Assembly: GCA_025456225.1 (NCBI GenBank)
Contig: JALOLB010000001.1
Span: 14,054 to 73,532 of the forward strand
Length of the DNA stretch: 59,479 nucleotides
From: Thermoanaerobaculaceae bacterium
Lineage (GTDB): Bacteria > Acidobacteriota > Thermoanaerobaculia > Thermoanaerobaculales > Thermoanaerobaculaceae
Direction: 5' to 3'
Both the position numbers and the translations under genes were made by a program. This document shows, piece by piece, positions 1 to 13,025 of the stretch. Each line of letters starts with the position of its first letter. Position 1 is the stretch's first letter. The notes beneath the pieces are model-generated. The model ran no database searches, was not told the origin of the DNA, and saw nothing but the letters and a program-made list of their open reading frames with translations.

Positions 1-1625
1 GCGGTCTGGGCCGAGCTGACCGATCCCGAATACGGCAGGGTCATCCCACCTGTCGCATCCGTCTGCCAGACGAGGGAGGAACCGTCGGTGCCGAGCACCT
101 TGCCGCTGGCCGCCGTCCCGGAGGCCGAGAGCTTGGCCTGGGTGACCGAGCCGGGGGCGAGGTGCGTGGCGTTGACGACCCCTCCGGCAATCGTGTTGGC
201 GGTCACGGAGCCGAAGGCCAGCATGACGTTCTTGATGCCGGCATCCCTCACCGACAGGAGGACCTCGCCGCTCGTGCCGCCGCCGGTGAGGCCCTCGCCC
301 GCCGTCACGCCGGTGATGTCGCCACTCGAGCCCGAGGTGGCCTGCCACGCCGCGCCCGAGGCTGTGACGGTCAGCACCTGCCCGGTCGTGCCGCCGGTCG
401 TCGCGACCTTGGCCGCAGTCACGGCTCCAGGTGCGAGGTCCGCCGTCCCGACCGCCCCGTCGGCGATCTTGTCGCTCGTGACCGCGTTCGCCGCGAGCAT
501 GCCGCTGACGATCCCGCCCGGGGTCACCGAGAGCGTGACGTCACCAGAGGTGCCACCACCTGCCAGCCCCGACCCGGCGCTGACGCCGGTGATGTCGCCA
601 CCGTTGCCCGAGGAGACAGCCTGCCACGCCGCCCCCGAGGCCGTGACGGTCAACACCTGCCCGGTGGTTCCGCCGGTCGTGGCCACCTTGCCTGCCGTCA
701 CTGCGCCGTTGGCGAGCTTGGCCGTGGTGACGCCGTTATCGGCTAGGGCGAGGGTCACGTCGCCGCTCGTCCCGCCACCGGTCAGACCCGCACCGGCGTT
801 GACAGCGGTGATGTCGCCGCCGCCGCCCGAGGCGTTCTCCGCGAGCAGCTCGTCGCGGAAAGCCATTTCGAACGTCGCCGGGTCCTGGGAGCCGTTGGCG
901 ACGCCCGAGCCGAAGGCGATGACCTTGCCGGTGCCCGACAGCACCTGGACGGTCAGCCGCGCGTTCTGGGTCGAGAGCGAGGGGAACTCGCTCGGGAACG
1001 ACTTCTGCATCTGCTCCCACTGACGCACGGTGTAGGTCCTGGAGGCCACCTCGGCACCGGTCGGGTCCTTCACCGCCACCTTCACCTGGCACGTACCGGT
1101 GCCGGTGGTCTCGACGAAGCCGAAGTTGTACCGGAACGTCGAGTCGGCCGCCGGCAGCGTGCCGTAGGCGCCGAGCAGCTCGGTGGACTGTCCGGAGCCG
1201 ATGGCGAAGGAGGCCGGCGTGCCGGCGAAGAACTGCCCGACCGAGTCCTTGAGCGCTCCGGACTGGGAGTAGATCCGCGACCCGACCAACACCTTGATGT
1301 TGGAGGTGACGCGGATGGCGCCGAACGTCTGCCTGGCGAACATGAGCTGGACGGCGTCCTCGTACCTGGCGGTGTCGCCCGGCTGGATGGTGTCGGCAAA
1401 CGAGACCGGCGTGTGGTTGGCCTGGCGTTCCAGGAGGTAGAACGTGACATTGGCCGCGGTGGCATTGGGGTTGTGCACGTACACCGTGGTGTACCAGACC
1501 GCGGGTGGGGTGCCCGGCTTCGCGCCGACCGACGGCAGGAACACGTCGGTGCCGGTGAACGAGGCGAGAAGTGGGGCAGCGACGGTGAGGAGGAAGGTTG
1601 CGACGGCAGGGACTCTCGGTTTCAT
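1..1625 (-). CDS. Secreted modular fibre-like protein, paralog A of a 4-gene tandem family (partial; 3' end runs off the window)
   Basis: Absent from the ORF track because it has no stop codon in the window. My translation of the reverse strand from the ATG at 1625-1623 (GGAGGT 5 nt upstream) gives [42 protein letters not shown]... This is collinear with the other three paralogs. The frame is still open at position 1 (...[20 protein letters not shown]). Confidence 0.85.
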   Translation of the reverse strand, partial: MKPRVPAVATFLLTVAAPLLASFTGTDVFLPSVGAKPGTPPAVWYTTVYVHNPNATAANVTFYLLERQANHTPVSFADTIQPGDTARYEDAVQLMFARQTFGAIRVTSNIKVLVGSRIYSQSGALKDSVGQFFAGTPASFAIGSGQSTELLGAYGTLPAADSTFRYNFGFVETTGTGTCQVKVAVKDPTGAEVASRTYTVRQWEQMQKSFPSEFPSLSTQNARLTVQVLSGTGKVIAFGSGVANGSQDPATFEMAFRDELLAENASGGGGDITAVNAGAGLTGGGTSGDVTLALADNGVTTAKLANGAVTAGKVATTGGTTGQVLTVTASGAAWQAVSSGNGGDITGVSAGSGLAGGGTSGDVTLSVTPGGIVSGMLAANAVTSDKIADGAVGTADLAPGAVTAAKVATTGGTTGQVLTVTASGAAWQATSGSSGDITGVTAGEGLTGGGTSGEVLLSVRDAGIKNVMLAFGSVTANTIAGGVVNATHLAPGSVTQAKLSASGTAASGKVLGTDGSSLVWQTDATGGMTLPYSGSVSSAQT

Positions 1626-1672
1626 GGTGTACCTCCGGGGCGGATCGGGAACAGGAACCTGAGCTGAAGGTA

Positions 1673-1699
1673 GAGGCCCGTCGGGAAGCGACGGGCCTC
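1673..1699 (-). terminator. GC-rich hairpin between paralog B and paralog A (possible intrinsic terminator)
   Basis: Perfect 11-bp stem GAGGCCCGTCG / CGACGGGCCTC with a 5-nt loop, about 35 nt downstream of the stop of the 1736..4042 gene. There is no clear U-tract, so terminator function is only inferred. Confidence 0.4.
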
Positions 1700-1735
1700 C
1701 GGTGTCTCGATGGGCAGCAGGGTCGAAAGGCGCAT

Positions 1736-4042
1736 CTACTCGGGCTTGGCCTGGGAGGCCTGCTCCCGCGCGTCCCTGGCCTGTCTCATCTGCTCGGGGT
1801 GGGTGGCCCACTCGACCCCTGTTTCCTCGGGCTGACCGAAGAGCTCGGGATGGAGATACGTGCCGCGCTCGGCCTCGGGCTTCTCCTCCTCCACCGGGAT
1901 GCGGTGGGCCTCGGCGTAGGCGTCCTTCCGGATGCCGGTGACCTGCCAGGAGACCTCGAGGCCGGGGGTGCCACCGGCGATGCGGAAGTGGTTGCCGTGG
2001 ACCTTGTCGGCGACGTACACCGGGGCGAACCCCCCGATGCAGGTGAGCTGGTAGCGGAAGTCCCGGTTGAGTGACTCGAACCACTCCGGCAGCTCGACAT
2101 CGGCCGCGCCGCTGGCGTCGAGGGTGACCACACCGTTGTAGATGTTCATCATGTCAGGGGACTCCACGAAGGAGTGAGAGAGGTACTTGCCGGAAGGGTC
2201 GAGAGGATGGTCGATCCGGAACGACCCGGCGTTCTTGGAGAGCGTCCCGTTGACGTGGACCCGGCCGGAGAAGTAGCCGGCGTAGGCACTGCTGCTTGTG
2301 CCCCACACGCCGTACGAGGAGGTGCCGTTGTTGGCGATGCCGTGCACGCCGGCGCCGTCGGCGGTGGTCGACTCACCCTGCACGCCCGTGCTGCTGATGC
2401 CGAGCACGCCGGTGCCCCGGTTGCCCCCGAATCCGGATACACCGGTGCCCGTGGAGCCGGAGGCGGCGCCCCTGACGCCGATCGGGCCCTCGCCCAGGAC
2501 GCCGTAGCTCGTGGTTCCGGTCGTCTGGGTGTTCTTGCCGTACACTCCGGCCTTCCCGGAGCCGCCGGTGGTGGCGATGATCGCCGTGTTGCTGGTCGAC
2601 CGACCGTCGATGGCGAGGCCCGAGGTGCTGTTGACCCACAGCCCGGTGTCGCTTCCACTGACGAGCTGCATGGCGCGGCCGTTCCCCGTGTTCCTGAGGT
2701 ACACGAGGTCGGTGTTGACCGCGGTCGAAGCCGAGCCCGTGAACGGCAGCACGAGGGCGGCGGGTCCCGGCTCCTGCCACTTGGCACCGCTCGCCGTGAC
2801 GATGAGAATGTGGCCGACGCCGCCGCCGGCGGTCGAGATGTGGTTCGCCGTCACCTGGGAGGTGGCGATCTTCGCGCCGGTGACGGCACTGTCGGCGAGC
2901 TTGGAGGTGCTGACCGCACCGGCCGCGAGCTTGGTCGAGGTCACGCCGCTGTCGGCGATCGCCAGGGTCACGTCGCCGCTCGTCCCGCCGCCGGTGAGGC
3001 CCGTACCAGCGGCGACACCGGTGATGTCGCCACCACTCCCCGACGGTGTCTGCCATGCGGCGCCGGACCCGGTCACCGTCAGGACCTGACCCACTGTGCC
3101 TCCCGTGCTGGCCACCTTGGTGGCGGTCACGGCCTTGTCGGCGAGCTTCGCCGTGCCAACCGCTCCGTTGTTGAGTCCCAGCGGCACGGCGGCGGTGCCG
3201 AGGCCGGTGAGCGTCGCGTCATGGCTGACCTCGGCGAGGCCGCCGGAGCTGTACTCCGTGAGCAGGCCGTCCCGATATCCCATCTCGAAGGTGGTCGGAT
3301 CCTGGGAGCCGCTGGTGACCTGCGAGCCGAAGGCGATCACCTTGCCTGTCCCGGAAACGACCTCCACCACGAGGCTCGCGTCCGCGGTGGAGACGGCAGG
3401 AAACTCGGTGGCGAAAGACTTCTGCATCTGCTCCCACTCCCGGACCACGTAGGTCTTGGAGCCTTGGGAGGTCCCGGCATGGTCCTTGATCGTCACCTTC
3501 ACCTGACAGGCGCCGGTGCCCGTCGTCTCGACGAAGCCGAAGTTGTAGCGGAAGTCCGAGTCGGCCTGGGGCAGAGTGCTGTACACTCCGAACAGCTCGG
3601 TGGACTGCCCGGTGCCGATGGCGAACGACGCCGGGACACCGGCGTAGAACTGGCCGACGGAGTCCTTGATGTCGCCGGCCTGCGAGTAGACCCGGGCGCC
3701 AGCGGAGACCTTGCCGTTGGATGTCATCCGCAGGGCGCCAAACGTCTGCTTGGCGAACATCGTCTCGATGGCGTTCTCGAACTTCTTGGTGTCGCCGGCG
3801 GGTATGCTCGCGGTGAAGGAGGCCGGGCTGAGGTTCTGCTGCCGCTCGAGCAGGTAGAACGTCACGTTGGCGGTGGTGGCACCCGGATTCCGGACCCAGA
3901 CCGTCGTGTACCAGACCGACGGTCCAACTCCCGCCTTGGCCCCGACCGAGGGGAGGAACACGTCCGTCCCCGAGAACGACGCGAGGGCCGGGGTACTCAC
4001 GGCAAGCACGACACAGATGGCGAGTAGCGTTCTGCACTTCAT
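1736..4042 (-). CDS. Secreted modular fibre-like protein, paralog B (768 aa)
   Basis: Track ORF 1736..4504 trimmed to the ATG at 4042, which has AAGGAGGA 5 nt upstream and starts the signal peptide [21 protein letters not shown]. The 154 upstream codons are Arg/Gly/Pro-rich shadow. Domain order: conserved N domain of about 260 aa ([17 protein letters not shown]...DPTTFEM); AKLA / [19 protein letters not shown] repeats; Gly/Ser-rich short G-V-x-G repeats; conserved C domain ([32 protein letters not shown]...[10 protein letters not shown]...[12 protein letters not shown]). Confidence 0.9.
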   Translation of the reverse strand: MKCRTLLAICVVLAVSTPALASFSGTDVFLPSVGAKAGVGPSVWYTTVWVRNPGATTANVTFYLLERQQNLSPASFTASIPAGDTKKFENAIETMFAKQTFGALRMTSNGKVSAGARVYSQAGDIKDSVGQFYAGVPASFAIGTGQSTELFGVYSTLPQADSDFRYNFGFVETTGTGACQVKVTIKDHAGTSQGSKTYVVREWEQMQKSFATEFPAVSTADASLVVEVVSGTGKVIAFGSQVTSGSQDPTTFEMGYRDGLLTEYSSGGLAEVSHDATLTGLGTAAVPLGLNNGAVGTAKLADKAVTATKVASTGGTVGQVLTVTGSGAAWQTPSGSGGDITGVAAGTGLTGGGTSGDVTLAIADSGVTSTKLAAGAVSTSKLADSAVTGAKIATSQVTANHISTAGGGVGHILIVTASGAKWQEPGPAALVLPFTGSASTAVNTDLVYLRNTGNGRAMQLVSGSDTGLWVNSTSGLAIDGRSTSNTAIIATTGGSGKAGVYGKNTQTTGTTSYGVLGEGPIGVRGAASGSTGTGVSGFGGNRGTGVLGISSTGVQGESTTADGAGVHGIANNGTSSYGVWGTSSSAYAGYFSGRVHVNGTLSKNAGSFRIDHPLDPSGKYLSHSFVESPDMMNIYNGVVTLDASGAADVELPEWFESLNRDFRYQLTCIGGFAPVYVADKVHGNHFRIAGGTPGLEVSWQVTGIRKDAYAEAHRIPVEEEKPEAERGTYLHPELFGQPEETGVEWATHPEQMRQARDAREQASQAKPE

Positions 4043-4146
4043 GGGATTCCTCCTTTGCTTGTCCTGTGTGGGCAGGCAGAGATCGGGCTCGCACGTGGAT
4101 CGGCGGAGCGTCTCTGTTGTGCCTCGAACCTGAGTAGTGGGCATGG

Positions 4147-6216
4147 CTACTCCTGCCTGGACCCTGCGGCCAGGGCCTGCTCGGCTTGCAGCCTCTTCAT
4201 TTCCACGGGACGTGTCGCCCACTCGACGCCCATCTCCTCGGGCTGACCGAAGAGCTCGGGGTGGAGGTAGGTGCCCTGCTCGACCCCGGGCTTCGCCTCC
4301 TCGACCTGGATGCGGTGCGCCCGGGCCCAGGCGTCCTGCCGGATGCCGGTGACCTGCCAGGAGACCTCGACACCCGGCATGCTGGTCTGGATCACGAACG
4401 CGTTGCCCTGGATCTTCCTGGCGACCCGGGCCTGGGCCCAGACGTCGCCGCCGCCGAGCACGGTGAGCTGGTAGCGGAAGTCGGAGTTGAGCGCCTCGAA
4501 CCACTCCGGCAGCGTCACGGTGGCAAATCCGCGGTCGTCGGTCGTGACATTGCCGTCGTAGACGTTCTTCATGTCCGGCGACTCGACGAACGAGTGGTAG
4601 AGGTATTTCCCCGAGGGATCCAGCGGATGGTCGATCTTGAACGATCCGCTGGCCTTGGAGAGCGCTCCGGTGACGTTGACATTGCCGCTGAAGAACCCGG
4701 CATAGCCAGTTGTGCTCCTACCCCACACACCGTATGCGTTGGCTCCGGTGTTGGCGGTTCCAAGCACCCCGGTGGCGTCGGTCCCCGAGGCATTGCCCCA
4801 GACCCCTGCCGTGATGCCCTCTCCGTACACGCCAGCCGCAGAGGCGTGCGTGGTCTTGCCATGCACGCCGCTGGACCCCGGCGACTCGCCATACACGCCG
4901 CGGTTCAAGCTGCCGAGGGCACCGAGCGCCCCGGTCGAGCTGTTCCAGCCGTAGACGCCGTTGCCGCTCGCATTCGAGTTGGCGCCCCAGACGCCCGATT
5001 TCCCCGAGGCGGTGGTGGAGCCGTGGATGCCATCGGCGCTCGTCGAGCGGCCGTCGAGCGCCAGGCCCGAGCCGCTGCTGACCCACAGACCCGTGTCGGT
5101 GTTGGCCACGAGGTGCATCGCGCGGCCGTTGCCCGTGTTCCCGAGGTAGAAGATGTCGGTGCCGGTAGCACTCGATCCGGTCTTGTTGACAGGCAGCGTG
5201 AGGTCTCCGCTCGCAGGGGTCTTCCAGGCCAGGTTGCCACCCTCGACGGTGAGCACTTGTCCGGCTGTACCGCCGGTGGCGGAGAGCTTCTCCTTGATGA
5301 TGTTGCCGTTCTTGATGTGGTGCGCGACGATGCCCTCGTCGGCGATGGCCAGGGGCGATCCACTGATCCCCTTGCCGGTGAACGAGCCGATGTGAACCAC
5401 CTCCGTCATCCCGCCACCCGAGCTGTTCTCCGCCAGCAGCTCGTCGCGGAACGCCATCTCGAAGGTGGCCGGGTCCTGGGAGCCGTTGGCGACGCCGGAG
5501 CCGAAGGCGATGAGCTTGCCGGTTCCGGAGAGCACCTGGACGGTGAGCCGGGCGTTGGGGGTCGAGAGCGAGGGGAACTCGCTCGAGAACGTCTTCTGCA
5601 TCTGCTCCCACTGCCGCACGGTGTAGGTCCTGGAGGCCAGCTCGGCGCCGGTCGGGTCCTTAACGGTGACCTTCACCTGGCAGGTGCCGGTGCCGGTGGT
5701 CTCGACGAAGCCGAAGTTGTACCGGAACGTCGAGTCGGCGACCGGCAGCGTGCCGTAGCCGCCGAGCAGCTCGGTGGCCTGGCCGGAGCCGATGGCGAAC
5801 GACGCCGGCGTGCCGGCGAAGAACTGGCCGACCGAGTCCTCGAGGGCACCGGACTGGGAGTAGATGCGGGAGCCGACCAGCACCTTGACGTTGGAGGTGA
5901 CGCGGATGGCGCCGAACGTCTGCTTGGCGAACATGAGCTGGACGGCGTTCTCGTACCTGGCGGTGTCGCCGGGCTGGATGGTGTCGGTGTACGACACCGG
6001 CGTCGGGTTGGCCTGGCGCTCGAGCAGGTAGAAGGTGACGTTCGCCGCCGTGGCGTTGGGGTTGTGGACCCAGACGGTTGTGTACCAGACCGCAGGTGGC
6101 GTACCCGGCTTGGCGCCCACCGACGGCAGGAACACGTCCGTGCCGGTGAACGATGCAAGCAGCGGCGTGCACACCGCGAAGGTCAGGGTTGCAATGATGG
6201 AAGCTCGGGTCGTCAT
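4147..6216 (-). CDS. Secreted modular fibre-like protein, paralog C (689 aa)
   Basis: Track ORF 4147..6342 trimmed to the ATG at 6216, which has GAGGAGGAG upstream and starts the signal peptide MTTRASIIATLTFAVCTPLLA. It has the same N and C domains as paralogs A, B and D but the shortest repeat core. Confidence 0.9.
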   Translation of the reverse strand: MTTRASIIATLTFAVCTPLLASFTGTDVFLPSVGAKPGTPPAVWYTTVWVHNPNATAANVTFYLLERQANPTPVSYTDTIQPGDTARYENAVQLMFAKQTFGAIRVTSNVKVLVGSRIYSQSGALEDSVGQFFAGTPASFAIGSGQATELLGGYGTLPVADSTFRYNFGFVETTGTGTCQVKVTVKDPTGAELASRTYTVRQWEQMQKTFSSEFPSLSTPNARLTVQVLSGTGKLIAFGSGVANGSQDPATFEMAFRDELLAENSSGGGMTEVVHIGSFTGKGISGSPLAIADEGIVAHHIKNGNIIKEKLSATGGTAGQVLTVEGGNLAWKTPASGDLTLPVNKTGSSATGTDIFYLGNTGNGRAMHLVANTDTGLWVSSGSGLALDGRSTSADGIHGSTTASGKSGVWGANSNASGNGVYGWNSSTGALGALGSLNRGVYGESPGSSGVHGKTTHASAAGVYGEGITAGVWGNASGTDATGVLGTANTGANAYGVWGRSTTGYAGFFSGNVNVTGALSKASGSFKIDHPLDPSGKYLYHSFVESPDMKNVYDGNVTTDDRGFATVTLPEWFEALNSDFRYQLTVLGGGDVWAQARVARKIQGNAFVIQTSMPGVEVSWQVTGIRQDAWARAHRIQVEEAKPGVEQGTYLHPELFGQPEEMGVEWATRPVEMKRLQAEQALAAGSRQE

Positions 6217-6263
6217 GAGGCTCCTCCTCGGTGTGATGGCCAGGGTAGGATGCGGTGAACGCA

Positions 6264-8969
<2,706 letters not shown>

Positions 8970-9100
8970 CGTGGCCTCCTTGACCGGGAACACTGGGTTT
9001 CTCGTCGATTTCTGTGGAGGTGTGTCGACGTTGACACCTCGTGATGCCTGGACCATGGGTGCACGCTAGGTTTCCGCGCTAAGATGCGAAACGCACGAAT

Positions 9101-12100
9101 ATGCGACGCGGCGACCGGCGACAGCGTGTGGACAGGGTGGGTCGGCTCCTCGGCCGGTTCGGCACGCTGGCGTTGGCGGCTGCCATGGCCGGAACCGCCG
9201 CGGCGGAGCGGTTGGCCGTGCGCACGCTCACCGTCGCTCATGGTCTTGCCGGCGACTGGGTCACGGCGCTCTACAAGGACTCCCGCGGCTTCCTGTGGGT
9301 CGGCACGGCGACCGGCCTTTCACGTTTCGACGGCGACACCTTCGTCTCCTACTCGAGGCGCGACGGCCTGCCCAGCGAGATCCCGCGGGACATACTGGAG
9401 GACCACACGGGGGCGATGTGGTTCTCGACCGATGGGGGGCTGGTGCGCATGCGCCAGACCCGGGACGCGTCCGGGAGCCTCTTCGAGCCGTTCGAGCTGC
9501 CAGGCGCCCGCGGCGCCGGGTCGATCATCGAAGACCGCCACCACGCCATCTGGGCGGCCGCGTCGAGTCGCCTGTTCCGACTCGATCTCGGGGCGGGAGC
9601 GCAGCGTTTCGAGACCGTCGATGCGCCGTTCCAGTGGAGCGGCGACACCAACCCCACTGTCAACGCCCTGGCCGAGGGTGCAGATGGCAGTTTGTGGGTC
9701 GGCACCTCGGTGGAGCTCCTGAGACGCCTCCCGGACGGGCGATGGGTCAGCTACACCTCGCCCCGTTCCGAGGACCTGCGGCACCCCACCTCGACCGTGG
9801 AGGTGTTGGTCTTCGACTCCAGGGGCATCCTGTGGGTCGGAGGACCGAGGATGGTCGCCTTCACACCGGAGGCCGCGAGCGACCTGACGGCTGAGCGACC
9901 ATCCGTCCTGGCGAGGTCGGTGCCGGGCGGAACGGCGCGAGTGGGTACCCTGGGTCCGGGAACGGCCATTGTCTGGAGTCCGCCGGCGGGTCGGCCGCCG
10001 GGTGGCTGGGTGGGGCTGACGGCCGGCCGAAACGGCACGATCTGGGCCTCGAACAACCTCGGTCTCGTTGCCTACGGCGGTGATACCCCCATCCTGCTGG
10101 GGCGCAGCCGAGGTCTCCCGGTGGATCCAGTGACCTGCGCCATCGAGGACGACGAGGGTGGCCTCTGGGTGGGGACGCACAACCGCGGGTTGGTGCGCGT
10201 GGACACCGCGGGGTTCACGAGCCTGGGCCCCGAGGACGGCCTGCTGACCGAGAACATCAGCAGTGTGACTCCGGATGGCCATGGCGGTGTCTACCTCTCC
10301 GCCTATCCGCCAGGGGTCGGCTTGCACCACGTCGTGGACGGAAAGGTCGACTCGATCCGCTGGCGCGTGCCGCCGTTCGTGACCTACCTCGGCTGGGCGA
10401 GCGTCCAGGACACGATCCGCGACCACGAGGGTGACTGGTGGGTGCCCACCGGTGACGCGCTGCTCCGGTACCGCGGCGCCGCCCGGTTCGCAGACCTGGC
10501 GCGGCTCGAACCGATCGCTCACTACGGCAAGAAGGAGGGGATGGGCGGGAACGAGGCGTTTCGGGTGTTCGAGGATTCGCGCGGGGATCTCTGGCTCGGG
10601 GTGTTCGGGGTCGGCATCGTCAGGTGGGAGCGTTCGACCGGGCAGTTCCGCCAGTACTCTGTCAAGCCGGGGGTGCCGGAGTGGCCCGCCTTTGCTTTTG
10701 CGGAGGACCACAGCGGTGCGGTGTGGGCCGGCATGTGGGAGGGTGGCCTCGTACGCTTCCGGGGCGATCGCTGTGATCGCTTCCCTCCCGGAGGCGGGAT
10801 CCCAGCCGGTACCGTTCGGTCGCTGCTCGTCGACCACGCCGGGCGGCTGTGGGTGGGGACGATGCGGGCCGGGCTGCTGCGCACCGACGATCCCGGTGCC
10901 GAGCAGACGGCCTGGGCTCACTACACCACCGCCGACGGCCTCGCGAGCGACGGCGTCCTGTGCCTGGCGGAGGATCGGTTCGGGCGGGTCTACGCCGGGA
11001 CGTGGCGAGGTGTGGACTGCCTCGATCCCGTGACCGGCCGGGTCGCCCACTTCGACACCGCCAACGGCCTCGTCAACAACTCGGTCGTCGCCGCTGCGCG
11101 CGACGACAACGGGGACCTCTGGTTCACGACCCAGGCCGGCGTGTCACGCCTGCGCCCGACGCAGATGGAGCCCGCGAGACCGCCGCGGCTCGGCATCGTG
11201 GAGGTCCGCTCTGGCGGCACGACCTTTCAGGTTCCCGTGCTGGGGACCTCGAGTGTCGGACCGCTGCAGCTCCCGGTTGGCGCCGACAGCCTCGAGATCG
11301 CGTTCACCGGCACCAACTTCGTCCCCGGCCAGCATCTCGCATTCCAGTACACCCTCGACCCGCAGGAACGATGGTCGACGCCGGCGTCGGAGCGGCGGCT
11401 GCACCTGGCCGGGCTCGGACCGGGGAGCTATCGCCTGCGCGTGCGGGCCGTGCGCAGCGACGGCGTGACGAGTGATTCCGCGACCGTCGCCTTCTCGATC
11501 CCGCCGCCTGTCTGGCGGCGCTGGTGGTTCCTGGGACTGCTCACGCTGGCCGTGGTCGGTGGTGTCCTCGCCGTCCACCGCGCCCGCGTGCGCCGGCTCA
11601 CCGAGCTGCAGCGCGTCCGCTCCCGGATCGCCTCCGACCTTCACGACGAGCTCGGGCTGTCACTCTCCCGCATCGCCATCCTCTCGGAGGTGGCGAGCCG
11701 CAAGGTCGACAACGGCGAGGCGCGCACGGAGCTCGCGGACATCGGAACGACGGCGCGCGACCTGGTCGCCGCCTCGAGCGACATGGCCTGGTCCCTCGAC
11801 CCCCGGCGGGACGACCTGCCGAGCCTGCTGGCGCGGTTGCGCCGCCTGGCCGAGGACGTGTTCTCGGGCGCCGGCGTGCGCTGGAGCTTCGTCGCTCCGC
11901 GCACCATGGAACGCCTGCCGCTCGGTGCCGAGCAGCGGCGGCATATCTACCTCGTCCTCAAGGAGGCGATTCACAACGCCGCCCGGCATGCCGGGGCGTC
12001 CCAGGTACGGCTGACCGTCGCCCTCGATGACGGACGGCTGCGCGCGGAGCTGCAGGACGACGGGCGTGGGTTCGATGCGGACGCCGGCGGCGACGGTCAC

Positions 12101-12229
12101 AGCGGGGTGGTCGGGCACGGCCTCGCGAGCATGGCGCGGCGCGCGGCCGAGGTCGGCGGGACGCTCGTGATCCGCTCGCGCCCGGGCGAGGGCACGACCG
12201 TGAGCCTGGAGGTCCCGCTCGGAGTGTGA
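9101..12229 (+). CDS. Sensor histidine kinase with periplasmic two-component-regulator propeller / Y_Y_Y domain, HisKA_3 and HATPase_c
   Basis: 1042-aa ORF. Repeated beta-propeller blades (G.LW.GT..GL) are followed by a TM segment (WWFLGLLTLAVVGGVLAV), an H-box (SRIASDLHDELG) and ATPase motifs (EAIHNAARHA, DDGRGF, GHGLASM). Confidence 0.9.
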   Translation: MRRGDRRQRVDRVGRLLGRFGTLALAAAMAGTAAAERLAVRTLTVAHGLAGDWVTALYKDSRGFLWVGTATGLSRFDGDTFVSYSRRDGLPSEIPRDILEDHTGAMWFSTDGGLVRMRQTRDASGSLFEPFELPGARGAGSIIEDRHHAIWAAASSRLFRLDLGAGAQRFETVDAPFQWSGDTNPTVNALAEGADGSLWVGTSVELLRRLPDGRWVSYTSPRSEDLRHPTSTVEVLVFDSRGILWVGGPRMVAFTPEAASDLTAERPSVLARSVPGGTARVGTLGPGTAIVWSPPAGRPPGGWVGLTAGRNGTIWASNNLGLVAYGGDTPILLGRSRGLPVDPVTCAIEDDEGGLWVGTHNRGLVRVDTAGFTSLGPEDGLLTENISSVTPDGHGGVYLSAYPPGVGLHHVVDGKVDSIRWRVPPFVTYLGWASVQDTIRDHEGDWWVPTGDALLRYRGAARFADLARLEPIAHYGKKEGMGGNEAFRVFEDSRGDLWLGVFGVGIVRWERSTGQFRQYSVKPGVPEWPAFAFAEDHSGAVWAGMWEGGLVRFRGDRCDRFPPGGGIPAGTVRSLLVDHAGRLWVGTMRAGLLRTDDPGAEQTAWAHYTTADGLASDGVLCLAEDRFGRVYAGTWRGVDCLDPVTGRVAHFDTANGLVNNSVVAAARDDNGDLWFTTQAGVSRLRPTQMEPARPPRLGIVEVRSGGTTFQVPVLGTSSVGPLQLPVGADSLEIAFTGTNFVPGQHLAFQYTLDPQERWSTPASERRLHLAGLGPGSYRLRVRAVRSDGVTSDSATVAFSIPPPVWRRWWFLGLLTLAVVGGVLAVHRARVRRLTELQRVRSRIASDLHDELGLSLSRIAILSEVASRKVDNGEARTELADIGTTARDLVAASSDMAWSLDPRRDDLPSLLARLRRLAEDVFSGAGVRWSFVAPRTMERLPLGAEQRRHIYLVLKEAIHNAARHAGASQVRLTVALDDGRLRAELQDDGRGFDADAGGDGHSGVVGHGLASMARRAAEVGGTLVIRSRPGEGTTVSLEVPLGV

Positions 12230-12290
12230 AGCCCGGTCGACCGGTTAGCATGTTCATGCGAGGCACCCGGCAGCGATCTGGTGTACAACC

Positions 12291-12962
12291 ATGGTGGAGC
12301 GGGGGCGGGGACCGATGACCACGACCGACAGGGTGAAGGTGGCGCTCGTCGAGGACGACCGCAGGATGCGGGAGGCGTTCCGCGTCCTCATCGACGGCTC
12401 GCCCGGGTTCGCGTGCGTGGCCGCCTACGGGTCCCTGGAGGAGGCGCTGCACGTGCCGGCGCGCGAGGCTCCCGATGTCGTGCTGCTCGACATCAAGCTT
12501 CCCGGTATGTGGGGCAGCGAGGGCGTCGACCTCGTCCTGAAGCGGTTCCCTGGCAGCACGGTGCTGATGCTCACGGCGTTCGAGGACGAGACCCGGATCA
12601 TCGAATCGCTGTGCAAGGGCGCATCCGGCTACATCCTGAAGGACACACCCCCGGCGAGGCTGCTCGAGTACATCCGGGAGGCCACCTCGGGCGGGGCGCC
12701 GATGTCCCCCGAGATCGCCCGCAAGGTCGTCACGCTGTTCTCCACCTTCGCCCTGCCCCAGCGCCTCGACTGCCAGATGAAGCCGCAGGAGACCCGGCTG
12801 CTCGCTTTGCTCGCCGACGGCTACGGCTACCAGGGCGCCGCCGAGGAGATGGGCGTCAGCATCAACACCGTCCGCAGCCATGTCCGCTCGATCTACGAGA
12901 AGCTGCAGGTCCACTCCCAGTCCGAGGCCGTCACCAAGGCGCTGCGAGCCGGGCTGATCTGA
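12291..12962 (+). CDS. NarL/LuxR-family response regulator (REC plus LuxR HTH)
   Basis: Receiver motifs VALVEDD and VVLLDIKLPGM, followed by the C-terminal LuxR HTH (YQGAAEEMGVSINTVRSHVRSIYEKLQV). It lies 61 nt downstream of the kinase. An alternative start at 12315 is possible. Confidence 0.9.
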   Translation: MVERGRGPMTTTDRVKVALVEDDRRMREAFRVLIDGSPGFACVAAYGSLEEALHVPAREAPDVVLLDIKLPGMWGSEGVDLVLKRFPGSTVLMLTAFEDETRIIESLCKGASGYILKDTPPARLLEYIREATSGGAPMSPEIARKVVTLFSTFALPQRLDCQMKPQETRLLALLADGYGYQGAAEEMGVSINTVRSHVRSIYEKLQVHSQSEAVTKALRAGLI

Positions 12963-13025
12963 CCTGCAGGGCGGGTTCGCCGCGATGGACGCTCCTGCGA
13001 CGCGCCCCTGTGCGATAGTGGAGCC

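Noticed and set aside
2174-4027. 617-aa plus-strand ORF, with a similar one at 4186..6258 (690 aa)
   Set aside because: Both are antisense to the paralog genes. The products are Arg/Gly/Ala/Asp-rich with no signal, motif or RBS. The opposite strand has strong SD sites, signal peptides and a domain family conserved four times. These are typical high-GC shadow ORFs.
9320-11050. 576-aa minus-strand ORF inside the sensor kinase gene, with a similar one at 11958..13538 (526 aa)
   Set aside because: Both are antisense shadows. The plus-strand frames carry unmistakable kinase, receiver and HTH motifs.
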